Assembly (NCBI GenBank): GCA_964630875.1
Contig: CAZVXF010000008.1
Span: 1 to 58,618, forward strand
Direction of reading: 5' to 3'
Length of the DNA stretch: 58,618 nt
From: an uncultured bacterium
GTDB lineage: Bacteria > Chlamydiota > Chlamydiia > Chlamydiales > SM23-39
Under the pieces are notes generated by a model that did no database searches, was not told the origin of the DNA, and saw only the letters and a list, made by a program, of their open reading frames with translations. Shown here piece by piece: positions 50,153-58,290 of the stretch. The stretch's first letter is position 1. Every line of letters begins with the position of its first letter. Both the position numbers and the translations under genes were made by a program.

Positions 50153-51197
50153 CAGCCTCTTTCTTTTTTCTCATATTACAACCTTTGCATACAGCATGCT
50201 GCATATAGTTTTTCTGCAAATTTTTGTAGGGATCACTATTCCATATTTTTTCCAAAGAAACATCATAGAGATTTCCAAAATCGCCGAGTTTGAGCCGCTC
50301 GTCATTTGGAGCGCAGCATGGGTTGAACCTCCCTTCTGACGAGACCCATGCTTCTTGTCCAAGAAATGGGCAAACCCCTTCGGAAATCAGTTCCCCTGTT
50401 GCTGAATCTTCCAAGCAATAGATGTTCTCTAAAATGACCTTGTCTCCTGAAGGAAGCCTTTCTTTTTCTGCTACATCTATTGCTTTGACGACAATTTCAT
50501 TCCAACGTTGAATCGATTCTTTACTTCTTCTTAGATTTTGCTCTTGCATCTGTTTGGCAAATACCCAAAGGTGGTGACCTTTCACACGATTCACTCCCAA
50601 AGAAGCGGCAAGACGGACCACCTCTGGAAGCTCTTCCAACCCTATTTCCATGAAAGTTAGCTGAAATGTCACACGGCAAAAATTGCCTCCCATTTTTGCA
50701 ACCTCATCGCGCACTCGAATAAAGTCTTTCACATTTTGTAGCCTTTGTTCGAAATTCGATCCAATCATGATCAACTCCGACGTTTTTTTCGTCGATCCAT
50801 TCCACGATATTTTTACATCAGACCCAATGGGGACAATCTTCTCTGCCCACTTTGTCGCACCAATCCCAGGAAAAGTCCCGTTGGTCGTCAGATTGAGTTT
50901 CACACCATACTCGTGGCACATTTGGATGATCTCATCAAAATGGCGAAACAGAAGAGGCTCTCCCATTGTTGATGGAATCATTTCTTTCAAGGGAGATCCT
51001 TTTGCTTCCTCAAGGACTTTACGCAGGAGATGAATATCCATCCGCCTTCGAGGCCGACCTTCCTCTTTTCTTTTGGTTTGACAAGAGCTGTAGATCGAAT
51101 GTTCCTCACACATGATACAGCGAAGATTGCAATCATCAGGATTTGTATCAAATGTGATACGCCAAGGGCCTGGTTTTTCGAGATGTTCGATCTTCAT
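50124..51197 (-). CDS. Radical SAM protein with SPASM/twitch domain
   Basis: CNLRCIMC, MGEPL, TTNG and C-terminal CPF..PCC..CKGC. Confidence 0.92.
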   Translation of the reverse strand: MKIEHLEKPGPWRITFDTNPDDCNLRCIMCEEHSIYSSCQTKRKEEGRPRRRMDIHLLRKVLEEAKGSPLKEMIPSTMGEPLLFRHFDEIIQMCHEYGVKLNLTTNGTFPGIGATKWAEKIVPIGSDVKISWNGSTKKTSELIMIGSNFEQRLQNVKDFIRVRDEVAKMGGNFCRVTFQLTFMEIGLEELPEVVRLAASLGVNRVKGHHLWVFAKQMQEQNLRRSKESIQRWNEIVVKAIDVAEKERLPSGDKVILENIYCLEDSATGELISEGVCPFLGQEAWVSSEGRFNPCCAPNDERLKLGDFGNLYDVSLEKIWNSDPYKNLQKNYMQHAVCKGCNMRKKKEADVESTLANV

Positions 51198-52500
51198 GCT
51201 TTTTCCTCTGTTTGATTGCGATACTGTACAGCTTAACTACTTGTTCAACATGTGTTTGGATACTAGGAATACGGCGGTCATCTGATTGAAGATACCCACC
51301 ATTGCCGATTTTTAAAGCAATCTGAGGATCAGAAACGATTCTTGTCATTTGCTCTGCTAGACTTTTTGGATTTCGAAAGTTAAATAACAATCCATTCATT
51401 TCATGATGAACATATTCCCCCATCCCCCCAAAGTCGGCCGTGATAATGGGAACTTTTGCTTCTAAAGCCTCATGAATGACAAGGGGTGAATTTTCTCCCC
51501 AAATAGAAGGGACAACGATCGCATCGACATGGTTAAATACCTCTTCGATCAGCATTTGATTTCGATAGCTTCCCATCCAAAAAATACGACTCTGAGCGAC
51601 CGGGTCCATTGTCATAATGTAAGACTGTAACGATTGAGTAAATGGCTGTACGGGAGCTCCCCAAATTTTAAGCTGCGCATTTTGATAGGTTTCTTTGAAT
51701 GCCTGTAAAAGATGAAAAATCCCTTTTGCTTGTTTATGGGTGCCAATGTAGCCAAAAACAAAATCTTTCTCTTTTTTTCGATTTCTTCCCATGAGCCTTT
51801 CTCGCTGAAACCCATAATCGAGGTAGACAATTTTGGAAATGTCCACATCGAAATCTTTGACAAATCGGTTCATTAAGTAGCGTGAAGGTGCAATAAAAAG
51901 GTCCACCAAGGATGTGATTTCTCGAACATGCTCCATCCGTTTTCCAACCCAGTTTGTCCAATACTTAATGTCCTCTTGATCTTCTGGACTTGAAAAATAA
52001 CGCCAGTAACACTGCTTGGCACATTTTTCATCTTGTTGAGAATCGCAAGATGGATAAAGATCTTCTGTCTTAGAATGAATTCCCTGCAAAAATTGACCAC
52101 GAGGGCACATGAGCCAAAAATCATGCAGAGTAAATACAACCGGAATGTTTCTATAATTAGCTTCGAAAACTAAAGAAGTTGAAAGATGATTTAAATGCCC
52201 AACATGAACAACATCGGGCTCACATGCGTCCAAGAGCTGTGAGAACGCTCGATCCACTTCAGGATGCCTATACCCATCCTTCCCATGAGCCATGTTTATC
52301 AAACAAATTTTGATCTCTTGGCACATTGGATCAAACTCCCAATCCATAGAGTATTCTTGTTTATACGCATTTTCTTGTCGTGTGAATACAATAACCTCAT
52401 GGCCCTGTTTAGCTAATTCGTGACACAAAGTTTGCGAATAGATCTCTGAGCCCGCGTTGTATCGGGTGGGATACCCATGAATAACCTTCAAAATCTTCAT
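51148..52500 (-). CDS. GT4 family glycosyltransferase with Cys-rich insert
   Basis: HGYP..AGSE, TLHDFWLMCPRG and PSIWGENSPLVIHEA. Confidence 0.92.
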   Translation of the reverse strand: MKILKVIHGYPTRYNAGSEIYSQTLCHELAKQGHEVIVFTRQENAYKQEYSMDWEFDPMCQEIKICLINMAHGKDGYRHPEVDRAFSQLLDACEPDVVHVGHLNHLSTSLVFEANYRNIPVVFTLHDFWLMCPRGQFLQGIHSKTEDLYPSCDSQQDEKCAKQCYWRYFSSPEDQEDIKYWTNWVGKRMEHVREITSLVDLFIAPSRYLMNRFVKDFDVDISKIVYLDYGFQRERLMGRNRKKEKDFVFGYIGTHKQAKGIFHLLQAFKETYQNAQLKIWGAPVQPFTQSLQSYIMTMDPVAQSRIFWMGSYRNQMLIEEVFNHVDAIVVPSIWGENSPLVIHEALEAKVPIITADFGGMGEYVHHEMNGLLFNFRNPKSLAEQMTRIVSDPQIALKIGNGGYLQSDDRRIPSIQTHVEQVVKLYSIAIKQRKKHEDRTSRKTRPLAYHI

Positions 52501-53036
52501 AACTTCTTTTATTCAGACGATTCGGGTCGAAATGCTAACTAAAAAAAACTTTTTACACCATAAAAAACACCCCCTCGAGCAGGTTCACTTCTTTCACCAG
52601 CTTCTCGAAGAAAACATTCACAGGTTGTTTTTCTCAATTCGACAACCCAAAAAAGCTGACACTTTTTTTCTGCATTACTAAAGGAAACATGCCAAGCTCT
52701 TGATCAATTCATCGCTCTTCCCATGCCTAAGCCGGGCGACGGCGATCTAGATGTACATTTTATCCTTTTGAATCTTATTACTCTAAAAGCTCAAGAACAA
52801 CGTTTTAGAGGGAATCAGGAAATTGAGCTGACTCTCACTCTGTCTGCTCTGCCCCTCCTGAAGAAAGTGAAAGTAAACAATTATTCTAAAGCAATCAGCT
52901 ACTTTCAGCGTTATAACCCTAATGGGGGGATTGAGTAAATCTTTCGGCCATTGAACAAAAAACCACTTGACCTGATCCACAGAAACAATAGAGGTACAAA
53001 ATTCTCGAGGTGAAAAAGCCATTTATGTCCCTTATG

Positions 53037-53064
53037 GGAATTAAAAATGGCTCCATTCGTCCGA
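53037..53064. repeat. Array repeat R1 (flank only)
   Basis: GGAATTAAAAATGGCTCCATTCGTCCGA versus GGATCAAAAAYGGCTC.A.TC.TCCGA in R4/R5. Confidence 0.7.
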
Positions 53065-53266
53065 ATTAATTAGATGTTTTGAGAAATACGACCCCTTCTT
53101 TTTCAAACGATTTGTCGATGTTTTGATAAGGAATACGCGTAGGTCACTTATAATCAGCAATATGCACCAAACACGCCCTCACAAAATAGTAATTATTTAT
53201 GCATTGAAAAATAAATAAAATAAATGGTATAATTAAACTTTATAATTAATATTAATTAAGGCTTAA

Positions 53267-54727
53267 ATGATCTCCTCAATTAGATCTGGATATAGCAATC
53301 GTTTAACAAGTGCATGTATAGCTACCTGCTCAGTCTCACTTAAGAACTGTAGTACTATTGCAAAACTTTCGTTGAATGCTCTCTATGAGAGGAAATCACG
53401 ACTCATCCCTATTAGACAGGAAATGGTATGCATTCAAGATGAATTGGCTGCAACAATCAAGGAGAGTACTGAGCAATCAAGGCAAATAGATGCTGATTTA
53501 GAAAATCATCGAAAGGAAATTCATCGTCGAACAGAACATCCTAACGCCTCTTTCTTGGAGCCAAGCAAGTTGTCTTCAAAAAATAACGACTGGAATCATA
53601 GAGATAACATCCCACTTTATTTGATAATTGAAATTATTGTAGTTGCAACGTGTTTTTATAGATGTTATCAATATCAAAAACATTGTAAAGAAATCATAGA
53701 TCTCTCATCCTCAGAAAATTTGCCAAACCTTCGAAACAGAGTATGCGTTCCAATTTTCATATCGGATACAGACGCTATACTCTATGGTCTCTTTGTAAAT
53801 CTGGGAGCCCCCCATTTTGGGATAAGAGAGTTAGATTCTATGGGGGTAGTCCCCATTATTCGAAAGATCTCTCACCCAGAAGAAGCGCTTTCTATATTGG
53901 ATCAATTAAGATCTCAAAACAATGAGATCCCCATTTTGATTTTGTTGGGGCATGGTAACACACACAGCATAGAAATGGGAGGAGGGAAAACATTGAATTC
54001 TAACCTCCTTGCACGCGCGCCACTTTCACCTAATGCGCATATCATTCTGTATAGTTGCTCTACAGCACAGGAAACACCCAATTTTTATTCTTTGGCAAGA
54101 AAAATTTCTTTGTTGAATCCAGATGTTTTAGTCAGTGCTTCTCGAAGAAATGTCTGTGCAGGTCTCCCTTGGGAACCCTTCGGTATTTCTTTCAGGAAGG
54201 ACCCCTCCGGAAAACTTTTGGCTAAAATTTATATGCCCGATGAGTTCGGGACCAATCAAGTCACTCAATACAAAAATGGCCGCTATCAAACCGAAGGAGA
54301 TGGCCAAATTTCTCTAGCAATGAGATATTGCTTAGGAAAAGTAGCAAAAGTATGTCCAATAGTAGATGCATTCTTTCCTATGAGTACCCCTGTTGAAAAA
54401 TCAATACCGCCTGGGGAAATAGAATCAGCCCTCTTCCAAGTAGCCTCTTGCCTTACGAATCCTTTTTACAAGAGCCAAGAGTTCTGTCGACGGATTCGTG
54501 CATGTGAAGTGAACAATTCAGAAACAAAAGTCACTCAATTAGCGAGAAAAACTTCTCTTATTATGTCCTGGATTGGATGGACTACTTTAGCATTAATGAC
54601 TACCTTACCAGGCTTTGCTTGCTTCGCACTATTAACATGGATGCGAACTAAAACCTCCTTAAAACTTAAAGAAAATTCCGAGCTAAGACCTTTTAGAACT
54701 AGGTATACAGCAATAGAAAACTCATGA
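53267..54727 (+). CDS. Membrane-anchored protein with putative clan CD (caspase/CHAT/C80-like) protease domain
   Basis: ILILLGHG...IILYSCST; coiled coil and hydrophobic segments. Confidence 0.65.
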   Translation: MISSIRSGYSNRLTSACIATCSVSLKNCSTIAKLSLNALYERKSRLIPIRQEMVCIQDELAATIKESTEQSRQIDADLENHRKEIHRRTEHPNASFLEPSKLSSKNNDWNHRDNIPLYLIIEIIVVATCFYRCYQYQKHCKEIIDLSSSENLPNLRNRVCVPIFISDTDAILYGLFVNLGAPHFGIRELDSMGVVPIIRKISHPEEALSILDQLRSQNNEIPILILLGHGNTHSIEMGGGKTLNSNLLARAPLSPNAHIILYSCSTAQETPNFYSLARKISLLNPDVLVSASRRNVCAGLPWEPFGISFRKDPSGKLLAKIYMPDEFGTNQVTQYKNGRYQTEGDGQISLAMRYCLGKVAKVCPIVDAFFPMSTPVEKSIPPGEIESALFQVASCLTNPFYKSQEFCRRIRACEVNNSETKVTQLARKTSLIMSWIGWTTLALMTTLPGFACFALLTWMRTKTSLKLKENSELRPFRTRYTAIENS

Positions 54728-54763
54728 TTGGAACCGACCATCATGGATTCCCTCACTTGAGTG

Positions 54764-54870
54764 AAAAAACGTAGAGCTATTTCGTCCGATAGATTATCAG
54801 AAACCGTATCTTTTTGGTGACGCATACCGTCACTTCAGACAAGCTGGTTTTTCAATGCGAAAAACATCGC
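54764..54870. repeat. Array repeat R2 (degenerate)
   Basis: TTCGTCCGATAGATT..AACCGTATCTTTTTG..hairpin..AAGCTGGTT..AAAACATCGC follows the R4 layout. Confidence 0.6.
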
Positions 54871-54871
54871 A

Positions 54872-55030
54872 ATACTGAAATGAATTCAAAAATTGAAATT
54901 TTGACAAAGAGGCGGCGCATATTTTGGTGTTTGCAGCGAATGACCATTGGACTTGTCCAAGGCATGAGCGAAAACCCAAAATATGCTGCCAAGTCCAACG
55001 CAGTCAAAAACCAATTTTTGAGTTTATTAT
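54872..55030 (+). mobile_element. ERIC-like palindromic MITE, copy 3
   Basis: ATGAATTCAAAAATTG...CAATTTTTGAGTTTAT ends; TTGACAAAGAGG...CAACGCAGTCAA; GCGAATGACCATTG..CAAGGCATGAGCG. Confidence 0.8.
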
Positions 55031-55792
55031 TGAAAAAGTTGCGAACACGCATTTGTATACTTATTTAAAGGAGCACTCAATTTCACAAGCAATTACTCTG
55101 ATAATCCCTGTTATTTGGAATATAATTGTTTGTGTACATAATACTCATAAAGTTTGCGATATAGAATATGATGAAGACAAGTGGATTGAGCATGTTCTGC
55201 ACACACCTTTTGCTCTTGCTGATGCAAGTGAAGAGATTAGAGGCAATAGAAAAATAGTTCTGGCTGCTGTTCAGAGAAGTAGCTGGAATCTTCAATGGGC
55301 GTGTAAAGAGCTTCTAAACGATCCTTATTTTATGCTCGCCGCTATCCAAAAAAATGCAACAGCTTTTGAATGGGCAAGCGAAGAGCTCCGTGGTGACGAA
55401 GAAGTGGTTTTTCCGCGATTCAACAGAACGGCACAGCACTTGAGTGGGCAAGCGAAGAACTTCGTAGCAATCGAGAAATCGTCCTAACCGCTGTCTTAGA
55501 AGATGGTGATGCAATTTTCTATGCCAGCGAAGAGCTTCGTGATGACAAGGAGATTGCTCTGATCGCAATCAACCAAGCTTACGATACATTATCTGCTTGC
55601 AAGGCTCTCAGAAATGATAAGGAAGTAGTTCTTGTTGCAGTTCAACAAAGCGGCTGGGCTCTAGAATGGGCAAGTGAAGAGCTTCGAGGGGACAGAGAAA
55701 TCGTCCTTATCGCTATTCAGACTTCTCCCTGGGCGCGGAATTTGATACTTCAACTTGCAAGCAAGGAACTTAGAGAAAAATTTTCAATCTGA
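55031..55792 (+). pseudogene. DUF4116-repeat gene, 5'-truncated and frameshifted
   Basis: ASEELRxDxEIVLxAV repeats in two frames, joined at the T5 run 55408-55412; stop 55790-92; native start not evident. Confidence 0.82.
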
Positions 55793-55810
55793 ATTATTTA
55801 ACGCCTTCTT

Positions 55811-55974
55811 TATACCGAAATAACCTGAAGAATCGGTTTTTGACTGCGTCGTTTTTTTCTCAAAAATGGCATTCTCACTCGTGCCTTGCGATTCCGCAAT
55901 GGTCACTCGCTCCGAATGCAATTTTTGAGAAACTTCCTTGTCAAATTCCCGATTCTTCAGGTTATTTCGGTATA
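55811..55974 (-). mobile_element. ERIC-like palindromic MITE, copy 4 (best preserved, 164 bp)
   Basis: Perfect 26-bp TIR TATACCGAAATAACCTGAAGAATCGG; nested inner stems; TA at both ends. Confidence 0.9.
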
Positions 55975-55977
55975 TCC

Positions 55978-56032
55978 AACCGGACTCCTTTCTGGCGAAG
56001 CGAGCCGATGCGGCTCGCCCTCGTTCAGAAAG
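55978..56032. repeat. Array repeat R3 (left part lost at the MITE)
   Basis: 55979-56032 is 48/54 identical to 58333-58386. Confidence 0.85.
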
Positions 56033-56069
56033 TTAACGGCTTTTTCGGCCTTTTTGACTCAAGGAGAAG

Positions 56070-57095
56070 CTATTTTTTTTCTCGAATGAGAAGATTAATC
56101 AATGTTAAAGGTTTTACAACAGCTTCCTGTCGACCGTGAATACGAATATCTCCGGCATAATCTCTTAAATATTTCTCTTTTTGAGCGAGAGGAAAATAGG
56201 TTCGCGCCCAGGGGTCGCATAGAATACTGTCTTGGCTATTTCTCGGACCAATAATAATAAAGCTGTGATCACCAAATAGAATTGAATAAGATTCGCAAGT
56301 TGTTGCGTGAAGGATTTCCGGATGTTTATCATTGAGGAGTTTTAAACCCAGCCTTGCAATCTCCCGACAATTACCTTCGCCAATATGATTATGAGACGAT
56401 AACCTTTTCCTCAAAGTTTCTTGATATTCGGAATCGCTCATTTGATCAACATCAAGTTTACCCCGAAAATAATTCATTGGTAGGCGATCTTCAGTGAGCT
56501 TTAAGATTTCTTGAGCGATAGAAATATTTTTTCTCATCTCAGGCGAAATCGCTTGAGGAAGATTTGCGAGATATTTGCTTCCGACTAAGATAGTGTGTGT
56601 TTCGGCTTGAACAGAAAGGCTTTTAACAAGCAAGGAAACACCAAATACGCCAAAGCAGGCTCTTGCAACGCGTACAAAAATAGATGATGATTTCCTATAA
56701 AAAAGAGCTGTCGCTAAAGGATAAATGCTAGCTAAAGATAAAGCAGTCCAATTTAGAACATCACTCTGTTTTTTTGTGTTATCGCATTTTAGTACTTTAT
56801 AACTTACGGTTTGCGGAATTCTATAACTTGTCTCACTTTGAGGAGTTTCTGATTTAATAGCAGATGTAATAGGAAAAAATAGCAAATCCGATTCCGACTC
56901 CGGAAATAACATTTTTTGAACAGATTCTAGGGTAACTTCATAGGAATCGGGCCAGACAATTTCTTTTTCTGGTCCATGAATCACTCTCAAAGACTTAGTA
57001 TATCCTCTTCTTAACCTCACTAGAGGTTCCGGATAATATTTTCCGAAAGCTGCAGCACAGCCAGTAAGAATAAATTTATCTATAAAAAAAGACAT
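56070..57095 (-). CDS. Putative effector with Cys-His-Asp papain/transglutaminase-like domain (HopX/AvrPphE-like)
   Basis: GNCRE, DHSFIIIG and CDPW; hydrophobic hairpin; AGGT before ATG 57095. Confidence 0.7.
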   Translation of the reverse strand: MSFFIDKFILTGCAAAFGKYYPEPLVRLRRGYTKSLRVIHGPEKEIVWPDSYEVTLESVQKMLFPESESDLLFFPITSAIKSETPQSETSYRIPQTVSYKVLKCDNTKKQSDVLNWTALSLASIYPLATALFYRKSSSIFVRVARACFGVFGVSLLVKSLSVQAETHTILVGSKYLANLPQAISPEMRKNISIAQEILKLTEDRLPMNYFRGKLDVDQMSDSEYQETLRKRLSSHNHIGEGNCREIARLGLKLLNDKHPEILHATTCESYSILFGDHSFIIIGPRNSQDSILCDPWARTYFPLAQKEKYLRDYAGDIRIHGRQEAVVKPLTLINLLIREKK

Positions 57096-57242
57096 TTTAC
57101 CTGTTTTTTGTGAAGATTTTAACATGAAAACAGAAAAAAAAATAAATACTAAAAAACGAAACATCTGACGAGATCTATCTAAAAAATTATATTAAATTGA
57201 TAATAACTATCTAATTTGTTTTTTTTCATTGACAGCCCTGAT

Positions 57243-57371
57243 CGGGATCAAAAATGGCTCTACTCTTCCGATTGGTTGCAGGTAACCGGACTCCTTTTGC
57301 CCGGGCGAGCGAAACGCTCGTCCCGTCGGGCAAAAGCCGGTTCGTCGGGTTTTGCTCACGCAAAACATCGC
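57243..57371. repeat. Array repeat R4
   Basis: 57243-57293 is 43/51 identical to 58291-58341; AACCGG-ACTC-CTTTTGCCCG...CGGGCAAAAG-CCGGTT stem. Confidence 0.88.
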
Positions 57372-57372
57372 C

Positions 57373-57546
57373 TATATCGAAATGAATTCAAAAGTTGGAA
57401 TTTTGTCTAGGAGACGGCGCAGATTTTGGCGTCTGTCTGCGGAAACGAGAAAAAACATGTTTTTTCTCGAGGAGCAGGTGAACGAATGTGAACCGGGTCG
57501 GACGACCACGCCGATAGGCAAGGCGCGAATGAAGACCCAAAATATG
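57373..57546 (+). mobile_element. ERIC-like MITE, copy 5 (extra nested hairpin, right end lost)
   Basis: TATATCGAAATGAATTCAAAAGTTGG..CGGCGCAGATTTTGG..CCAAAATATG aligns to 54872-54985. Confidence 0.75.
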
Positions 57547-57570
57547 AGAAGCGGTAAAAGAGGCACCATT

Positions 57571-57603
57571 TAAAAATAGAAGAGTCAGAAACTGACTCCT
57601 CTA
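57571..57603 (-). terminator. Intrinsic terminator
   Basis: GAGTCAG-aaa-CTGACTC stem, with a T-run on the minus strand. Confidence 0.65.
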
Positions 57604-57621
57604 CTCCCTAATTGGCACAAG

Positions 57622-58206
57622 TTAGAACAGATTCTGATAAGGGAATTTCTCCTCAGCGATTTTAACTACGGCTTTTAGTCGTTCCTCTTTTTGGATGAGA
57701 ATCCTTATTGTACTCCTGAAATTTCCAAAGGAAATAGAAGTCACCTCACAACTTTCCATTAACATAGCAGCTGCCGATAAGTTTAGCATTTTAGTCTTCA
57801 TTTCGATTTGGTTTTCAAAAAAAGTCTTTAATTCTGGATCTGTAGTGTTTGATAAAATTGCAATGTCGGAATCGATTTCTTTCCTTAGACGCTGAAACTG
57901 TACCCTATGGAATTCTTCATACAACTTAGCCTGCGAGCTATCCTCATGCGAAGTTTTAATGGCAGTAGCGTTCCACTTTGCAAATTCTGCTCGTATATAG
58001 TCTTTTCTAGCTTTATCTACCTTTAAATCTGCCCCTTTCTGCACTAAGGAGGCTAAAAAGGGAAGATTTGTATACCTCTCTTCAGCTCCCTTGGGAGCTG
58101 GATTCGAAATCCCTAAATCTAAAAGTTTAAAAACTTCTATTGGTCCCAGAGTTGTTATTGCACTTAGAAAGGGTCTGCTGTTCGCAGTCATTGAGCTTCT
58201 TATCAT
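57622..58206 (-). CDS. Hypothetical helical protein
   Basis: 194-aa ORF, AGGT ribosome-binding site, TGATATAAT promoter and own terminator. Confidence 0.72.
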   Translation of the reverse strand: MIRSSMTANSRPFLSAITTLGPIEVFKLLDLGISNPAPKGAEERYTNLPFLASLVQKGADLKVDKARKDYIRAEFAKWNATAIKTSHEDSSQAKLYEEFHRVQFQRLRKEIDSDIAILSNTTDPELKTFFENQIEMKTKMLNLSAAAMLMESCEVTSISFGNFRSTIRILIQKEERLKAVVKIAEEKFPYQNLF

Positions 58207-58290
58207 AGTAAATACCTGTTGTTTTATTATTTAATAAACGTAATTATATCAGTTATCTTGATATTAATTCAAGCATTAAATATTTGAATA

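Noticed and set aside
52501-53266. RiPP precursor for the radical SAM-SPASM enzyme
   Set aside because: No short co-oriented ORF with convincing leader/core features next to the operon.
55974-56038. attC-like reading (ATCCAAC...GTTAACG)
   Set aside because: L/R box spacing does not fit, the motifs are not kept in R4/R5, cargo orientation is mixed and no integron integrase is present.
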